Source: Spizellomyces punctatus DAOM BR117 | Lineage: Eukaryota | Length of the DNA: 31,888 bases | Assembly (NCBI GenBank): GCA_000182565.2 | Contig: KQ257473.1 | Strand: one strand, 5' to 3' | In this document: one piece after another, positions 12,776 to 24,089 of the stretch | Layout: every line of letters starts with the position of its first letter | Numbering within the stretch: the first letter of the stretch is position 1 | Position numbers and translations under genes: made by a program | Notes under the pieces: generated by a model | Told to the model about the DNA's origin: nothing | Database searches by the model: none | The model's input: the letters and a program-made list of their open reading frames with translations, nothing else

Positions 12776-13053
12776 TCGCTATGGCTGTCCTCGGGTTATG
12801 GCTTGGCAAATGTAGTACTGGTGCGTGAAACAAGGTTGTCTTCTGTTATTTTTCTCCTTGCAGGAAACGCAGTCAAGTCTATTTACCTCAAGTGCAAGAA
12901 GGCAAGGAATGGACAAAGCGCACGTCCCTGCCCACCTGCCTTTGCAATGGTGCGCACCCCCTTCTGAAAAGAGCAAAAAGTAGAAGATGCTTTTCAAAAG
13001 CCGAGCTTAATGGTTTTGGTCAAAGACCCTTCCCATTCTCTTGACTTGCGTTG

Positions 13054-13067
13054 GTCGTCATGACGGC
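13054..13067. promoter_or_regulatory. X-box-like near-palindrome GTCGTCATGACGGC upstream of CEP20
   Basis: 14-bp near-palindrome with central AT, ~110-120 bp upstream of the CEP20 ATG; imperfect match to the RFX consensus. Confidence 0.3.
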
Positions 13068-13174
13068 AGGCCATGGCTTAGTCACACTGATGAACACGTC
13101 CGTCTCGCGTCCCTCGTCGTCGTTAACTTGCTTCCCCATTTGCAAAACCTCGCCTTTGTAAAAGAAAAAGGAAA

Positions 13175-13897
13175 ATGTCTTCATATGAAGATTTAAAGGA
13201 TGGTGTGTGAGGTAGAAGCATATCCGTATGTAGCCATTTGTCTCTAAAGTGCTGATGCATTCCTGCCATTTCTCCGCCGTAGCTTTAAGGGAAAACTTGG
13301 AAGCACGAGGGTTTATGAGCGACATTAGAGCGCGAGTGCGAGCAGAAGTGTACAGAGCCCTTGAAGATGAGGTTAGTCTGTGGCTACTACAACTGCAAGA
13401 TAACTGGACCATTTTATTCTAATGGAACTGTTGGCAGAGTGAGATAAAGCCCCAAGTTTCCAAAGAGAGCGAACTCTTGAATGAGCTAATCAGAGAATAC
13501 TTGCGTTACTCTGGATATAATCACACAATTTCGGTGTTTTCTGCAGGTGACATGGACTTTTTTACACGATGCCTGGTCAATGTTTTAACTGATTGTCCTA
13601 ATGTGTAAAACAGAAGCGGACCTTCCAGCCAAGCCGGCTGATCGCCAGACTATAGCCACTGACCTTGACTTGGACATCGATGGATATCCTCCTTCAGTGT
13701 ATGATACTCAGCCATCTTTGGTTATTGTTGGCGAACCCTAATAAGGTTTTCAATGGCACGGCAGGCCCTTGTTGTACGGTTTGGCCCTTCGCAATGTGTT
13801 GACGAAACCACCCCACCCCAACCCTCCGCCAAAGCAACCTGCAACCCAGAAAACAGACATTCTCCAGGAGCGACCGCCGTCAAATACTGCCGGGTGA
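13175..13897 (+). CDS. CEP20: Centrosomal protein 20 (FOPNL/FOR20), LisH-domain protein, 5 exons; not represented in the ORF track
   Basis: Spliced: MSSYEDLKDA-LRENLEARGFMSDIRARVRAEVYRALEDE-SEIKPQVSKESELLNELIREYLRYSGYNHTISVFSAE...VPLLYGL. These are the FOP-dimer/LisH and PLLY motifs of FOR20. TGA ends at 13897. Confidence 0.88.
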
Positions 13898-14191
13898 AGC
13901 AAGCGAGCAGTGGAGGATTGCGTCACTGGACGTCAATAATCCAGGGCGCTGATGATGGCCATAAAACGCAATGAAAGAACCTCGCTGGCGTCGCTCCGCT
14001 ACCGGCATCCCATGGAAGATAATCAATCTTAGCAAACCCATCGCTCTACGCGCATAGAAGTAGTAAAATGCTCATTGCACCAGCTCAAAACATGTCGTCC
14101 AACCCATCGTCTAGTCCAATATATAAGGATATATTATATTTTTGTGAGCCCGTGGGTGAACTCTTCGGTACATTTGTTGGATGTTGGTCGA

Positions 14192-14746
14192 TTATGCCAC
14201 AGCACCGGCGGCCTGCTCAGCATATTCCTTCTTAACGCCTTCTCGAAGGGGACCAACCCTCATTTCGGTGTCTAAGGGAAAGGGAATTTAGGACGATGAT
14301 GGCGAAGGTTCCAGTAGCGGAAGTAAAACACATACTGGCGAAGGGGAGGCCAAAGCCAACAATAGACAAGACCCAGAAGGTAACTAAAAATCGAGTCCGG
14401 CTGCGGGTGGTGAAGGGAACAGCCTACATGAACCGGTACGGGTGAGGACACCTTGACTATAATAGTTCACCTACGGACATTTACTTACACCGTCACCTTT
14501 CCAGTTGTCCCCACTGCACATTTCCACATAAAAACGAGAGATCTGTTAGATATAGAGGCCCTCTCTCACATTACTCTCACGGGCACCTACGCAAAGTTCA
14601 AGGGACCTGTGAACCGCGATGAGGTTACTTGCAATTCCGAATTAACGTGCGAAAATCAAACACCTACCCCAAGCAGACACTTGGCTGTCCCCACCGCGGA
14701 CGAGACGAGCAGGACGTGCAGTACGAAGAAGCGTCTTGGCAAACAT
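14192..14746 (-). CDS. COX7C: Cytochrome c oxidase subunit VIIc-like (yeast Cox8), 95 aa, 5 exons including 16- and 25-nt microexons
   Basis: Exons 14746-14668, 14606-14591, 14513-14489, 14423-14336 and 14271-14192, all GT-AG, total 288 nt in frame. Product has presequence MFAKTLLRTARPARLVR and the core AVPFTTRSRTRFLVTFWVLSIVGFGLPF, resembling the COX7C PF...GF.xPF TM segment. Confidence 0.75.
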
Positions 14747-15525
14747 TACGAATGTTGTGTGGGATGTGAGTTTGAATTGAAAAACCAACTCGCGTTCTGC
14801 GGGCGTTGCCGGATTTCCTTTGCTGTTTCTTGTCATGGCCATGGCTAAGCAGCATTGAATCAAATTTCAACCGCGTTGCCATGTGCGGTCGTCAAGCAGC
14901 AGATGAGTTTTCATGCGATGAACACTAGCAATGTATTGCTCTGCTGCAAGTTAGTGTCCGTGGCGGGCTTTCTGCGGGGGTAGGTAACCAGCTCTGATCT
15001 GTAATGGCCTGGTTCACGATGGCGTCGTTTACCCTGGTGTCCTTTGCCCGGAACGCAATCCAATTTATAGCACAAACGTGATGGATTTAGGAACCCAGTC
15101 GCTTCATGATTTTATCCCAGGAGTATACGAGAACATGCTTGAGAAGGTGAAAGTGGCCAGCTGGTGAAGCTCTAGAATACATCGCAGGATCCCATAGGGG
15201 ATCTGATGCATTATATGACGATAGGAAAAGTAATATTTCCTACGGGTGTTGGATCTGCAGAGATACATCTTAAAAAGTCACTTAAGAAGCCAAGGCGTTT
15301 TCCTTTGGCTCATAATGTTGCCCTTTCCTGTGACATGTCTCCTCCCAAGTGAAACTATCGGCGCTGCTTGACCGACGGTTGTTACGAAGAAAGTCAATGT
15401 AGGAGACGTCGACAGACTGGAGGCTGAAGTGCGATAGACCCCGTGACTATGTATCACATGATCTGTACAGCTCAGTCGTCACAACATTCAAACTCCATCT
15501 CCAGAAGCAAAGGTGGGAAAAGGAC

Positions 15526-18500
15526 ATGGATTCCGATGACGAAGAGTTTTTCGACGCGCATACGGTGGAAGATGGCGGTTCTAATACTCTTACACGCGCC
15601 CCTGCTACTACTCTTCCGTCCCTCGTCTCCAATTCACCAACCCCACCATCACCCCCGTTAGTCACAAGCCTCCCTCGCCTCCTCCCAGGCTCCGAACGCC
15701 TTCCGCAACCGGTTCCCGGACGTCAGCTGGGGGCATCGCTCTCAGACGACGACACCAATAGCACGTTAGAGAATGGTAATGCTGGGTAGGTGGCGAGAGT
15801 CACAAGAGTAAGACTGATTATCAACCCTGTTTGGGGTCAGTACGGACTCGCGAGGAGTAGATGGAGCTGCAAGTGACAGGGAGTCTCAACTACTCTCTCT
15901 ACTTATTATAGCGTACCTCTCAACGATATGGTGTCAGTTAGCGATGCTTCACCAAAACCCCCGATGATTCAGTTACAAGCCCCGAACGCCCGCAAATCTG
16001 CACCTCTACAGCTCGATTCAGAGGATGCAGACTCTAGTTCACAAATGTCCGTGCCTCGTGCTCCATCACGACAAAAGTCTCCCTCTACCACATCGACTGA
16101 GTCACGGTCTGCCCGTACTCTGCGGACAACTCATATGGATCCTGTTACCGCTCATTTGGAGGGCATAGTAGATACCTCAGCGACTACAACGGTGCGTGCT
16201 CACTCGCAGGATTACACGCCTGAGCCGTCCTCTGAAGAAGATGACGGGGAGAGAATGGAGACGGAGAGGAAACAGCAATCATTGCCCCACTTCAACCTTC
16301 CTGGACCTAAAGGAAAGAAGCATAAAGGTTTCTTCCAAAGATTTCGGAAAGGCAAGAAATCGGATTTTGAGGAGCATTTTGGCAGCCAGCTGTCTCTGCG
16401 TGATTTAGATGAGAATGGACTCGATGATGCCGACGGTGAAAGGATGAAGCACCATCTCGATATGCCCGAGACTGTTAAAGTAAAGACAAATCGAAAGGTC
16501 AAGAAGGATTTCAACCATCTAACACGTGTCCAAGTGCTGGGTGGGGAGACACATTGCCTTCCTGAGGCGCCTGAACATGATCAAAATGTTGGCGACGGCG
16601 GATTTTCTATACGGCAAATTTTGGACGAGGATGCGGAAGTTAAAGGACCCATATGGGCAATGAGATTCAGTGACGACGGAAAATATCTCGTAGAAGGTGG
16701 ACAAGATTCAATTTTACGAGCCTGGCGACTGGCAGCTCTGGCTACAGAGAATGCGGACAAATCTCATTGCGCAACTTCTTTTGACCGGAAGACACCCAGG
16801 ATCCGCACGTGGGATAGCCACAAATGGCAGTCTGATGGGATTCCCAGTGGGAAACATGCAAAGGAAGGGTCCCACAGCTCTGATCGCAGCGACACAGAAG
16901 ATTTTGTACATTCCAGGGAACACGTATTCGAACAACGCCCTTTTCGAATATATAGAGGGCACTCTGCACCGATTCTGGATGCAGCATGGTCCAGGAACGG
17001 CTTTATTGCCTCGGCTTCTATGGACAAGACGGTCCGGTTGTGGCACATCGACCGTGAGGAATGCCTATGCAGTTTCCTTCATAACGGTTGTGTTACAAGC
17101 GTGTGTTTTCATCCGTTGGATGATCGATATCTGCTTACTGGTTCCCTCGACTCGCGGATCAGGGTATGGTCCCTCGAAGAAAAGCGAGTGTGCGCTTGGA
17201 ATGAGACTCCTAATGGTAGCTATGTCACGGCAGTGTCGTTTACGAGAGATGGAACTCTATGCGCTGCTGGGACTTTTGACGGGGATTGTATATTCTATGA
17301 ATTTGATGGGTTAAAGTACAACACCCAAATCGAAGTGAGGTCTACTCGAGATCGCCACTCTAAACGAGCAAAAATTACGGGCATAGAACCGCTACCATAT
17401 CCGTGGCTTGGTGAAGATCGATTGCTGGTAACTTCGAATGATTCGCGCATTCGATTGTACAATGTTAGGGATAAGAGTCTGCATCGAAAGTATAAGGGTT
17501 TGGAGTGCCGGGCATCTCAAATCAAGGCGACTTTCTCAGACGACGGAAGATTCATTATAGCAGGATCCGAAGATCGCCAAGTGTACATCTGGAATTTTTA
17601 TCCCCAAGGGGGGCATGCTTCTCACGCTGGTGGTACTGGCCAGGCCGGTAATCAACCTGGCCTTTTGAGCGGTTTTATGCATTGGCAGAGCGACGCTAGT
17701 AGATCCGCATCTTGGGAGCGATTCATAGGTTCTACCGAAGCAGTGACATGCGCGATCTTTGCCCCAAAAGGTACAAGAGAAATCGTGTATGGGGATATTG
17801 CCCGAGGAAATTCGGAGATTGACACTGTCTCGGTGCACGATATGATGACGGACAATACTGATGGGGCGTTGATTGTGATTGGTGATATGTTGGGCAGAAT
17901 CCGTGTATTTCAGAACAACGTTGAGCCCGGCGGTGGTGAAGGAACAGCCACTTTGTCACCACATCAGGTCGGCATGTCTCATGAAATTGATGATAAGGTT
18001 GAAAGAGCGTCCACCGTCTCGCGACATTCGACCGTCAAAACATCTAGTAGTCGGCTTTCCACACCCCTCGGCCCCTCATCCCCCATGAAGTCAACCCCTC
18101 CCACGGGAATGAGAAGATCAGCATCTGAACTTGCCGGCCACGTACAGTCGCTTCAGGCCGAAGCAAGTCCGCGCTCAATGACTCCTCCAGCTGCATTCCG
18201 CCCGCAAACTGAGGGATGGCCTGAAACACACTTCTTGCCGCGAACATCTGCGCCTCGCAACAGCGTGACAGAGCGGCATCCTGCTACTGTCGACGACACC
18301 ATTTCTGGACCCGCTTCAGCGCCAATAGAGACATTAAGGCATGCCGATTTAGGGTCGCCTAGTACTGACGAAACAAAAGCTAATTTATCTGGAAGAAATA
18401 GCCATGGTGGGAGAGCTCGAAGCGCTTCCTATTCCGATAGAAGCCATGTCAATGTGATGTCATCTATCTCCGCTGAGAACTATACGTCGCCAGGAAGGAA

Positions 18501-18687
18501 ACATGGAGAGACGGGATCTAAAGGACCCTCATATACGTCTCCCAGAGGCCATTTTAAGGATGATAGTATAGAAGAGGAGAAAGAGGAATATCCTATTCAA
18601 TGCAGTAAATGTTCACGGCGATTCATCAGGGGAGGAAGGGACAAGCTGAAGTGTCCAGGATGCGGCTCCTCGCTCGACCCGGGATAA
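15526..18687 (+). CDS. WDR44: WD40-repeat protein of the WDR44 (Rab11-binding)/yeast Dgr2-Ymr102c family with N-terminal FFAT-like motif
   Basis: MDSDDEEFFDA (FFAT-like), then one intron near 15786-15840. WD repeats include GPIWAMRFSDDGKYL, PFRIYRGHSAPILDAAWS, CFHPLDDRYLLTGSLD, LLVTSNDSRIRLY and KYKG...SQIKATFS. Confidence 0.88.
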
Positions 18688-18924
18688 AGAGAAGACCGCT
18701 GAATACATGAATTATTTAATATTCTCGTGAAATATCTGATGCAGATAATTTTTCTATTTGAAATGTCTGTGTAAACATCATCTAATTGAGTGCATACGTG
18801 CCATGCATGACAAATATTGAGTGCTTACAAGACAGACGCGTCCAGCGACGCGCTCTTGGTGTGCGCAGCAAATCCATTCCCGTTGCTTGTGTACAGAATC
18901 CTCCCTCCTACCCACATTTTTGAC

Positions 18925-21641
18925 ATGAACCACGACGACAATTCCTCTGACTCCTTGGATTTTTTTTTAGAAGATGATGACATCCGACTGATTGAGAAAA
19001 TCGGGATAAATCCTTGCGATACTTCAATACGTACGCGATCGCCCCTCTTTGGATCGATAAACTTTGATTATGACGGGAATCCTTCCCATACATCCACGTC
19101 GCGGGGGACAGCCTCTTCGTGTCGCATGGAACAGGTGTTGAGCGCTTTGGAAGAGCAGGCTAGCGCCATCCAATCGCTACGAAAGACCTTGGAAGGGATT
19201 AAAGGTCCATCCTCTGAGGTCAACTGGGAAACCTTCGGCGGCTTAGGAGGGATTGCAAGGCGCGTACAAAGACTCGAGGGTACAATAGAGCGGTTGGCTA
19301 GTAGCAGCGGAACGCCTATAGAGGCGTCACTTTCTTCCTCTAATGAATCAGAATTATGTCCTGAGAGAAGACGTGGACGTTCCACATCTATTGAAATAAT
19401 TCCAGCGACTCAAGTGCATATGGGCGACAAGGTAGTCACAGCTGAAATCCCGACCACATATATAGGCGGAATACCCAATGCTGATGACTTGAGAACGCTT
19501 ATTGCACGAACTGTTGAAGAGAATGTCAGACCAATGATTGATGACGCGATAGCTGATCTACGTCGTGAATGGAATGTACGGACTGTTAAAGAGAGTGTCA
19601 GACCAATGATTGATGAAGCAAAAGATGATCTACGTCATGAATGGAACGTATGGACTCTTCAAGAGAGTCTCAAACCGATGATTGATGACGCGAAGGCTGA
19701 TCTACGGCGTGAATGGAATGTACGGACTGTTGAACAGAGTATCAGACCAATGATTGATGAAGCAAAAGATGATCTACGTCATGAATGGAATGTATGGACT
19801 CTTCAAGAGAGTATCAAACCGATGATCGATGACGCGAAGGCTGATCTTCGTCGTGAATGGAATGTACGGGCTGTTGAAGAGGATATCAAGACAATGATTG
19901 ATGACGCGAAAGCTGATCTACGTCGTCAATGGAATGCCCGGACCATTCAAGAGAGCATTAAACCAATGATTGATCATGCGAAAGCCGATTTGCGTCGGGA
20001 ATGGAATGTCCGGACTGTTGAACAGACTATCAAACCAATGATTGATGAAGCGAAAGCTGATCTGCGTCGTGAATTGATACATTCCATGCCTTCGCTCGGC
20101 GGTCCTATTCCACAGGATTCGTCAATCTTTGGAGGTAAAATCTCGGCTGGCGCTACGGATGAAGGTGCTAAGAGACCCGCGGTAATCCCTACGTGCGGGA
20201 CAGGGTTGGTCGGCGATGTTGGCGACGTACGACGAAAGTTGGACAAGAAGGTAGATACCGTCGTGTTGGAAGAGCTAATGCGACATATTCCGACGCGCGA
20301 TGAGGTGAAGCGCCTTGTTCAGGAGCTTGTAGATGCTCGACCAGCGACTATCGGCGAGCAGGATATTTTCCCAATCCTTCTCAGGCTGCAGCGTGAGTCT
20401 ACCGCGTCCGGCAAAGACGGCAGCGGACAAAATCAAGCCTCCAAGTCCTCGGCACAAAGGGAGGACTCTGATGCATCCCGTGAATGGAAACATCTGCTTG
20501 ATGAGCTGCTACCGGATATTCGCGTCTGCGTCAGCGAGATGATTGCTGACAAAGAGGTTACCATCACACACAACCTAGAGATGAAGATTATCAAACTCCA
20601 AAGAGAACTCTTAGAATTCATACCAATAGATAGGAAAAACCGCAAAGGCGAGGTACAGCACTTACGAAAAGAAGTAGAGAATAAAGTGCGCAAGGATCTT
20701 AAGGCGTGGCTTGAAAAAAGGATTACTCATATCCGGGAAGAAACCGTTGAACGAATTAAAAAAGTAACAGCCGACGTTCGCGAAGATATAAACAATGTCA
20801 CATCAGCGAGAGATTCGCCCGATTCCGCTTACTACGAACCACCGTATGAGAATGTTTCCAATGAAGATGAAGGCATAACACCTCACAGTGCGCTCGATCG
20901 CCTCTCACGGCGTCTGACACGCGAATTTGACGAGAAGTTGTTCCTGCTTTGTTCGGATTTGAGCACATGTAAATCTCTGTACGCGAAGCAGATTTCACAG
21001 CCCTTCCATCGCTGTGCGCAATGGTTGTGGAAGTCAGGTTGTTTAAAGTTTGGGAGTGCCATACCTTGGAATTATGAGACTTTAAATACGGGTAATTAGC
21101 TGAGTTTTGGTGCGTCCTTTCATAGTGTATGGTGTGCCTTCTTGGCTTTGGTGGGAGCTAGTGTGCAGACGTTCACGTTAGATTTCTGACCTGGCCCCCT
21201 TCTTTTTCTTATCCAGACCGTGATAACTTCCTGTGGGAAAAAGACCAGACTAGTATTCGAATTGGTGAACCAGGGCTCTATGAAATCACATTTGCCTTCT
21301 TCACAAAAGCCAAGCCATCAGTTCAGTTGGTAGTGAATGGTGAATCGGTTCTTTCTGCAATCAATTCCCCATCCTATGTCGTACATCATTCGTCTGGCTT
21401 TGTGGTAGACGGTGATGGGAGAATTGAGCCAGGGACGGTTACCGGAATAAGCTTACTGGTATGTACATGTCCATTACCGATATTTGCGACCCATCTCATT
21501 TGTTTCTGACCTCTATTGGACGCTGATGGGCGCACATAGGATTTCTTGGCTTTGCCGCCCAAATCTACATTATCTGTACATTATCACGGAGGGAAAAAGG
21601 GGATGTTGGGCCATGGATTCTTAGGACTAAGAAAACTTTAG
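18925..21641 (+). CDS. Uncharacterised coiled-coil protein with internal 24-aa repeats and a C-terminal beta-rich (C1q/TNF-like) domain, 3 exons
   Basis: Long ORF with first ATG at 18925; introns 21092-21216 and 21459-21539. Spliced C-terminus: AQWLWKSG...IPWNYETLNTDRDNFLWEKD...PGLYEITFAFF...VQLVVNGE...GISLLDFLALPPKSTLSVHY...GFLGLRKL, TAG ending at 21641. The C1q-like call is an inference from the motif pattern. Confidence 0.75.
19510..20085 (+). repeat. Coding tandem repeat, 8 x 72 bp (24 aa, consensus TVxESIKPMIDxAKADLRREWNVR)
   Basis: Units start at 19510 and every 72 bp to 20014; the last unit diverges at its end. Units 2/4 and 3/5 are near-identical. Confidence 0.95.
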
Positions 21642-21774
21642 TGAATTCAGACTCTCTGCGCTTTCCGTTGTGACCTACCAACTCTTTTACAGAAGTGACA
21701 AACAGATTTCATCGCTGAGGATTAATGAGCGCGTGTTTGACTATGTATTATCCCATCTAATTCCGTATACCTAT

Positions 21775-23588
21775 TTACAATTTGCTGGCAGCCATGCTAG
21801 TTTTACCCGCAGTCGACTGTTGGGACTGAAGGGCCTGGACCCACAACCGTAATCTATGGCGCTTCGGCTCGGCTCTACTCAGGTCCACGTCCTGAAAGGC
21901 TTTCCGCTCTACAGATCCAAGAGCGGCAAAACGTTCACCTACCTGCTCTGCCGGCTCGGATGCCCCAAAGAAGACAACGTTGGCTGTCATATCATCGCGG
22001 AAGCGCCTGCTATGCGGTGGCTGGATTTTTAACAATGTAGATATCATGAACGGATTCCCTCTTCCTAAGGCGTTCCGAATTAGGTGCGTAGCAGCATTAT
22101 CATCGATCCAAGACCATTGGTCCCCGGCTCGGGTAGCCTCTTCCAAAAGGCTTGCACCCACAGTTGGAGCATCGGGAACCAAGGCGTGACGTTGCATATA
22201 ACCCGCGACAAGTTCAACACTCTGCTCGTTGCTCAATCGGTCCCAAATTCCGTCCGTTGCGAGAATCAGAAATTTGTCCGCAGTAGGATCAATCTCGTAG
22301 TGAGTTACTTCGGGTTCAGCTGTAACATAAGGTGGAGTATGGTAGTTCGCCCGATGTTGGCGAACGCGAAGTGCTTGCTGGTCTTCTGCTGGCCACTTGT
22401 ATCGGGAGTCGCCTGAAATTACACCAAATGCATAAGGTTTGTAAATCAAAAATGCTCGTACGGGACGACCTTACCAAACGCCCTCGTTGGCATCAGTCCT
22501 CCCAACACGCGTCCGCGAACAATAACAGTGTCGCGTTCATGAGGATGTTCCTCCAATAGCCTTGCATGTTCCGCTGGATTTGCGGTCGTTTGATCTTCGC
22601 TTAGCGGAACTGCCTCGAAGCTACCATCACCTCGTCGCCGCCCGACCACAGCTCTACTGTCGCCGGTACAAGCGATGTACAAATCACGTCCCTCCATGTA
22701 GGCAACAATGGCACAGGAACCCGCAATGGCAGGCCGAAGCGCCGCTTGGATCCTTTCGTTTTGCGGAACCGACGGGTCAGGATCGATGCCTCCGTTGGTG
22801 ATATCGGCATCCATGCGATTGAAGGCAGTTTTGAGGGCGTGGGTGACATGCTTCTTTCGCTCGGGCGTCTCGTTGCAGGCTGGGAGCTCGGATATGGCTT
22901 TGGCGACGTAGACCCCCAGGTATTTAGAAAGAACATCAGCACATTCTGTGCCGCTGTGCCCGTCAAAAACCCTGCGACGTGATGATAAGTGAAGGGTATG
23001 AGCGAGCGCAAAACAGGTGCATCCCTACCCCAATATCACTCCATTTCTGTGACGGTGCTCACTGTGGTAGTCTTCGATAGGCTGGTTGCTTGCGACCTGG
23101 TTCAAGTGGTAGGCAATAACGGGCGTCATTGTGACCGGGAGCTCCACTGATTCTCGTCCTTTACCAGCAGGAATCCACTTTCGTAAGCCTTTATGGCCTG
23201 CTTCGCTGTCACTTATGTCTGCCGCAAATAGTGTTTTCATATCTACCGCAAAGCTCTGTTCGTTTGCCTTCAAGATGCTATTTATTTGCTGCTCTGTTAA
23301 CTGTTCTCCATGTACTTGACTGGATGTCTTCTCTGCCGTTTGGCTAGAGTTTGGCCTAGTAACATAATACATAACACCGGCGCATGCAGTTAGCACCCCC
23401 AATTTTGCTGCGTTTCGGGCTGTGAGGAAAGGAGACGGCTTTGTTGGGGCTGGTGGTGGAGAGCGTCCACTGGTTGTTGACAAGCGAACGTGAATATTAT
23501 ACGATAGAGTTGAGCGGACGGACACGGAAGACAGTAATCGTGAGCACTTTGCTGCGCCTAGTTTGACACGAGAAAGGATGCGCTGCAT
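21775..23588 (-). CDS. PTC5: Mitochondrial PP2C-family pyruvate dehydrogenase phosphatase, 3 exons
   Basis: Presequence, then NQVASNQPIED, spliced GVFDGH, AIAGSCAIVA, ACTGDSRAV, GRVLGGLMPTRAFGD, TPPYVTAEPEV, FLILATDGIWD, NAATHLIRNAL and RRFRDDMT. Confidence 0.92.
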
Positions 23589-23846
23589 GGTAGCTGGACA
23601 AGGTTTTGTGAAATGGGTGACAAAAGAGTTGATGGTGCAGGCGACGCGTTAGGCCTTTTCATGTTCCGATTTCTATTTTATTTCATACTGTGGCGGTGAT
23701 TGAAAATGGCACTAGAAATCATTATTATCCGGATTAATCCGGTTAATCATATCGCATAATCAGAACCCCCCTCTATCGCTCAGATTGGTGTGGCATGTAT
23801 TGTAATGTTTTTTTTTTAAACTGCGGTGAGGCGCATGCCAAAGGTC

Positions 23847-23854
23847 TATAAAAG
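23847..23854 (+). promoter_or_regulatory. TATA box (TATAAAAG) followed by a CT-rich leader
   Basis: Canonical TATAAAAG ~95 bp upstream of the ATG at 23943 and followed by a pyrimidine-rich tract. Confidence 0.4.
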
Positions 23855-23939
23855 GGGGGCCTTCTGTCTCTTTCCTCTTGACCCATCCTCGACTCTCGAA
23901 GCATCTGCGCAACGCTCACGCAGCACTCTCAAGTCCATC

Positions 23940-24089
23940 ATCATGAGAATGCCGCTCTGGTGCCGAGGACCTCGCCCTCCCGACAAAAACAACATAACCC
24001 CTTGCTACTACTATATTGCTATGATCGCAGGTATGCATTATCTTTGTATTTTCCCACACGGATTATCCAGTCTAATTATTCTTAGTATC
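23940..24089 (+). repeat. Copy A of a two-copy dispersed intergenic element (possible small spliced gene or ncRNA)
   Basis: ATCATGAGA-ATGCCGCTCTGGTGCCGAGGAC...TATGATCGCAG|GTAT...TAGTATC, homologous to 29120-29287. Confidence 0.65.

Noticed and set aside
14896-14947. Hammerhead ribozyme interpretation of the three-way junction
   Set aside because: The core would read CAGATGA and GAAC instead of CTGANGA and GAAA, and those bases are tied up in stems. Kept only as a generic structure.
16196-18247. Numerous antisense and alternative-frame ORFs inside WDR44 (likewise inside MED16, PTC5 and the MYST gene)
   Set aside because: These are shadow ORFs of long coding exons with no independent motifs or splice support.
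19510-20085. Periodic 72-bp array as a CRISPR-like array
   Set aside because: There are no unique spacers, the units are in-frame coding repeats, and the context is eukaryotic with no cas genes.
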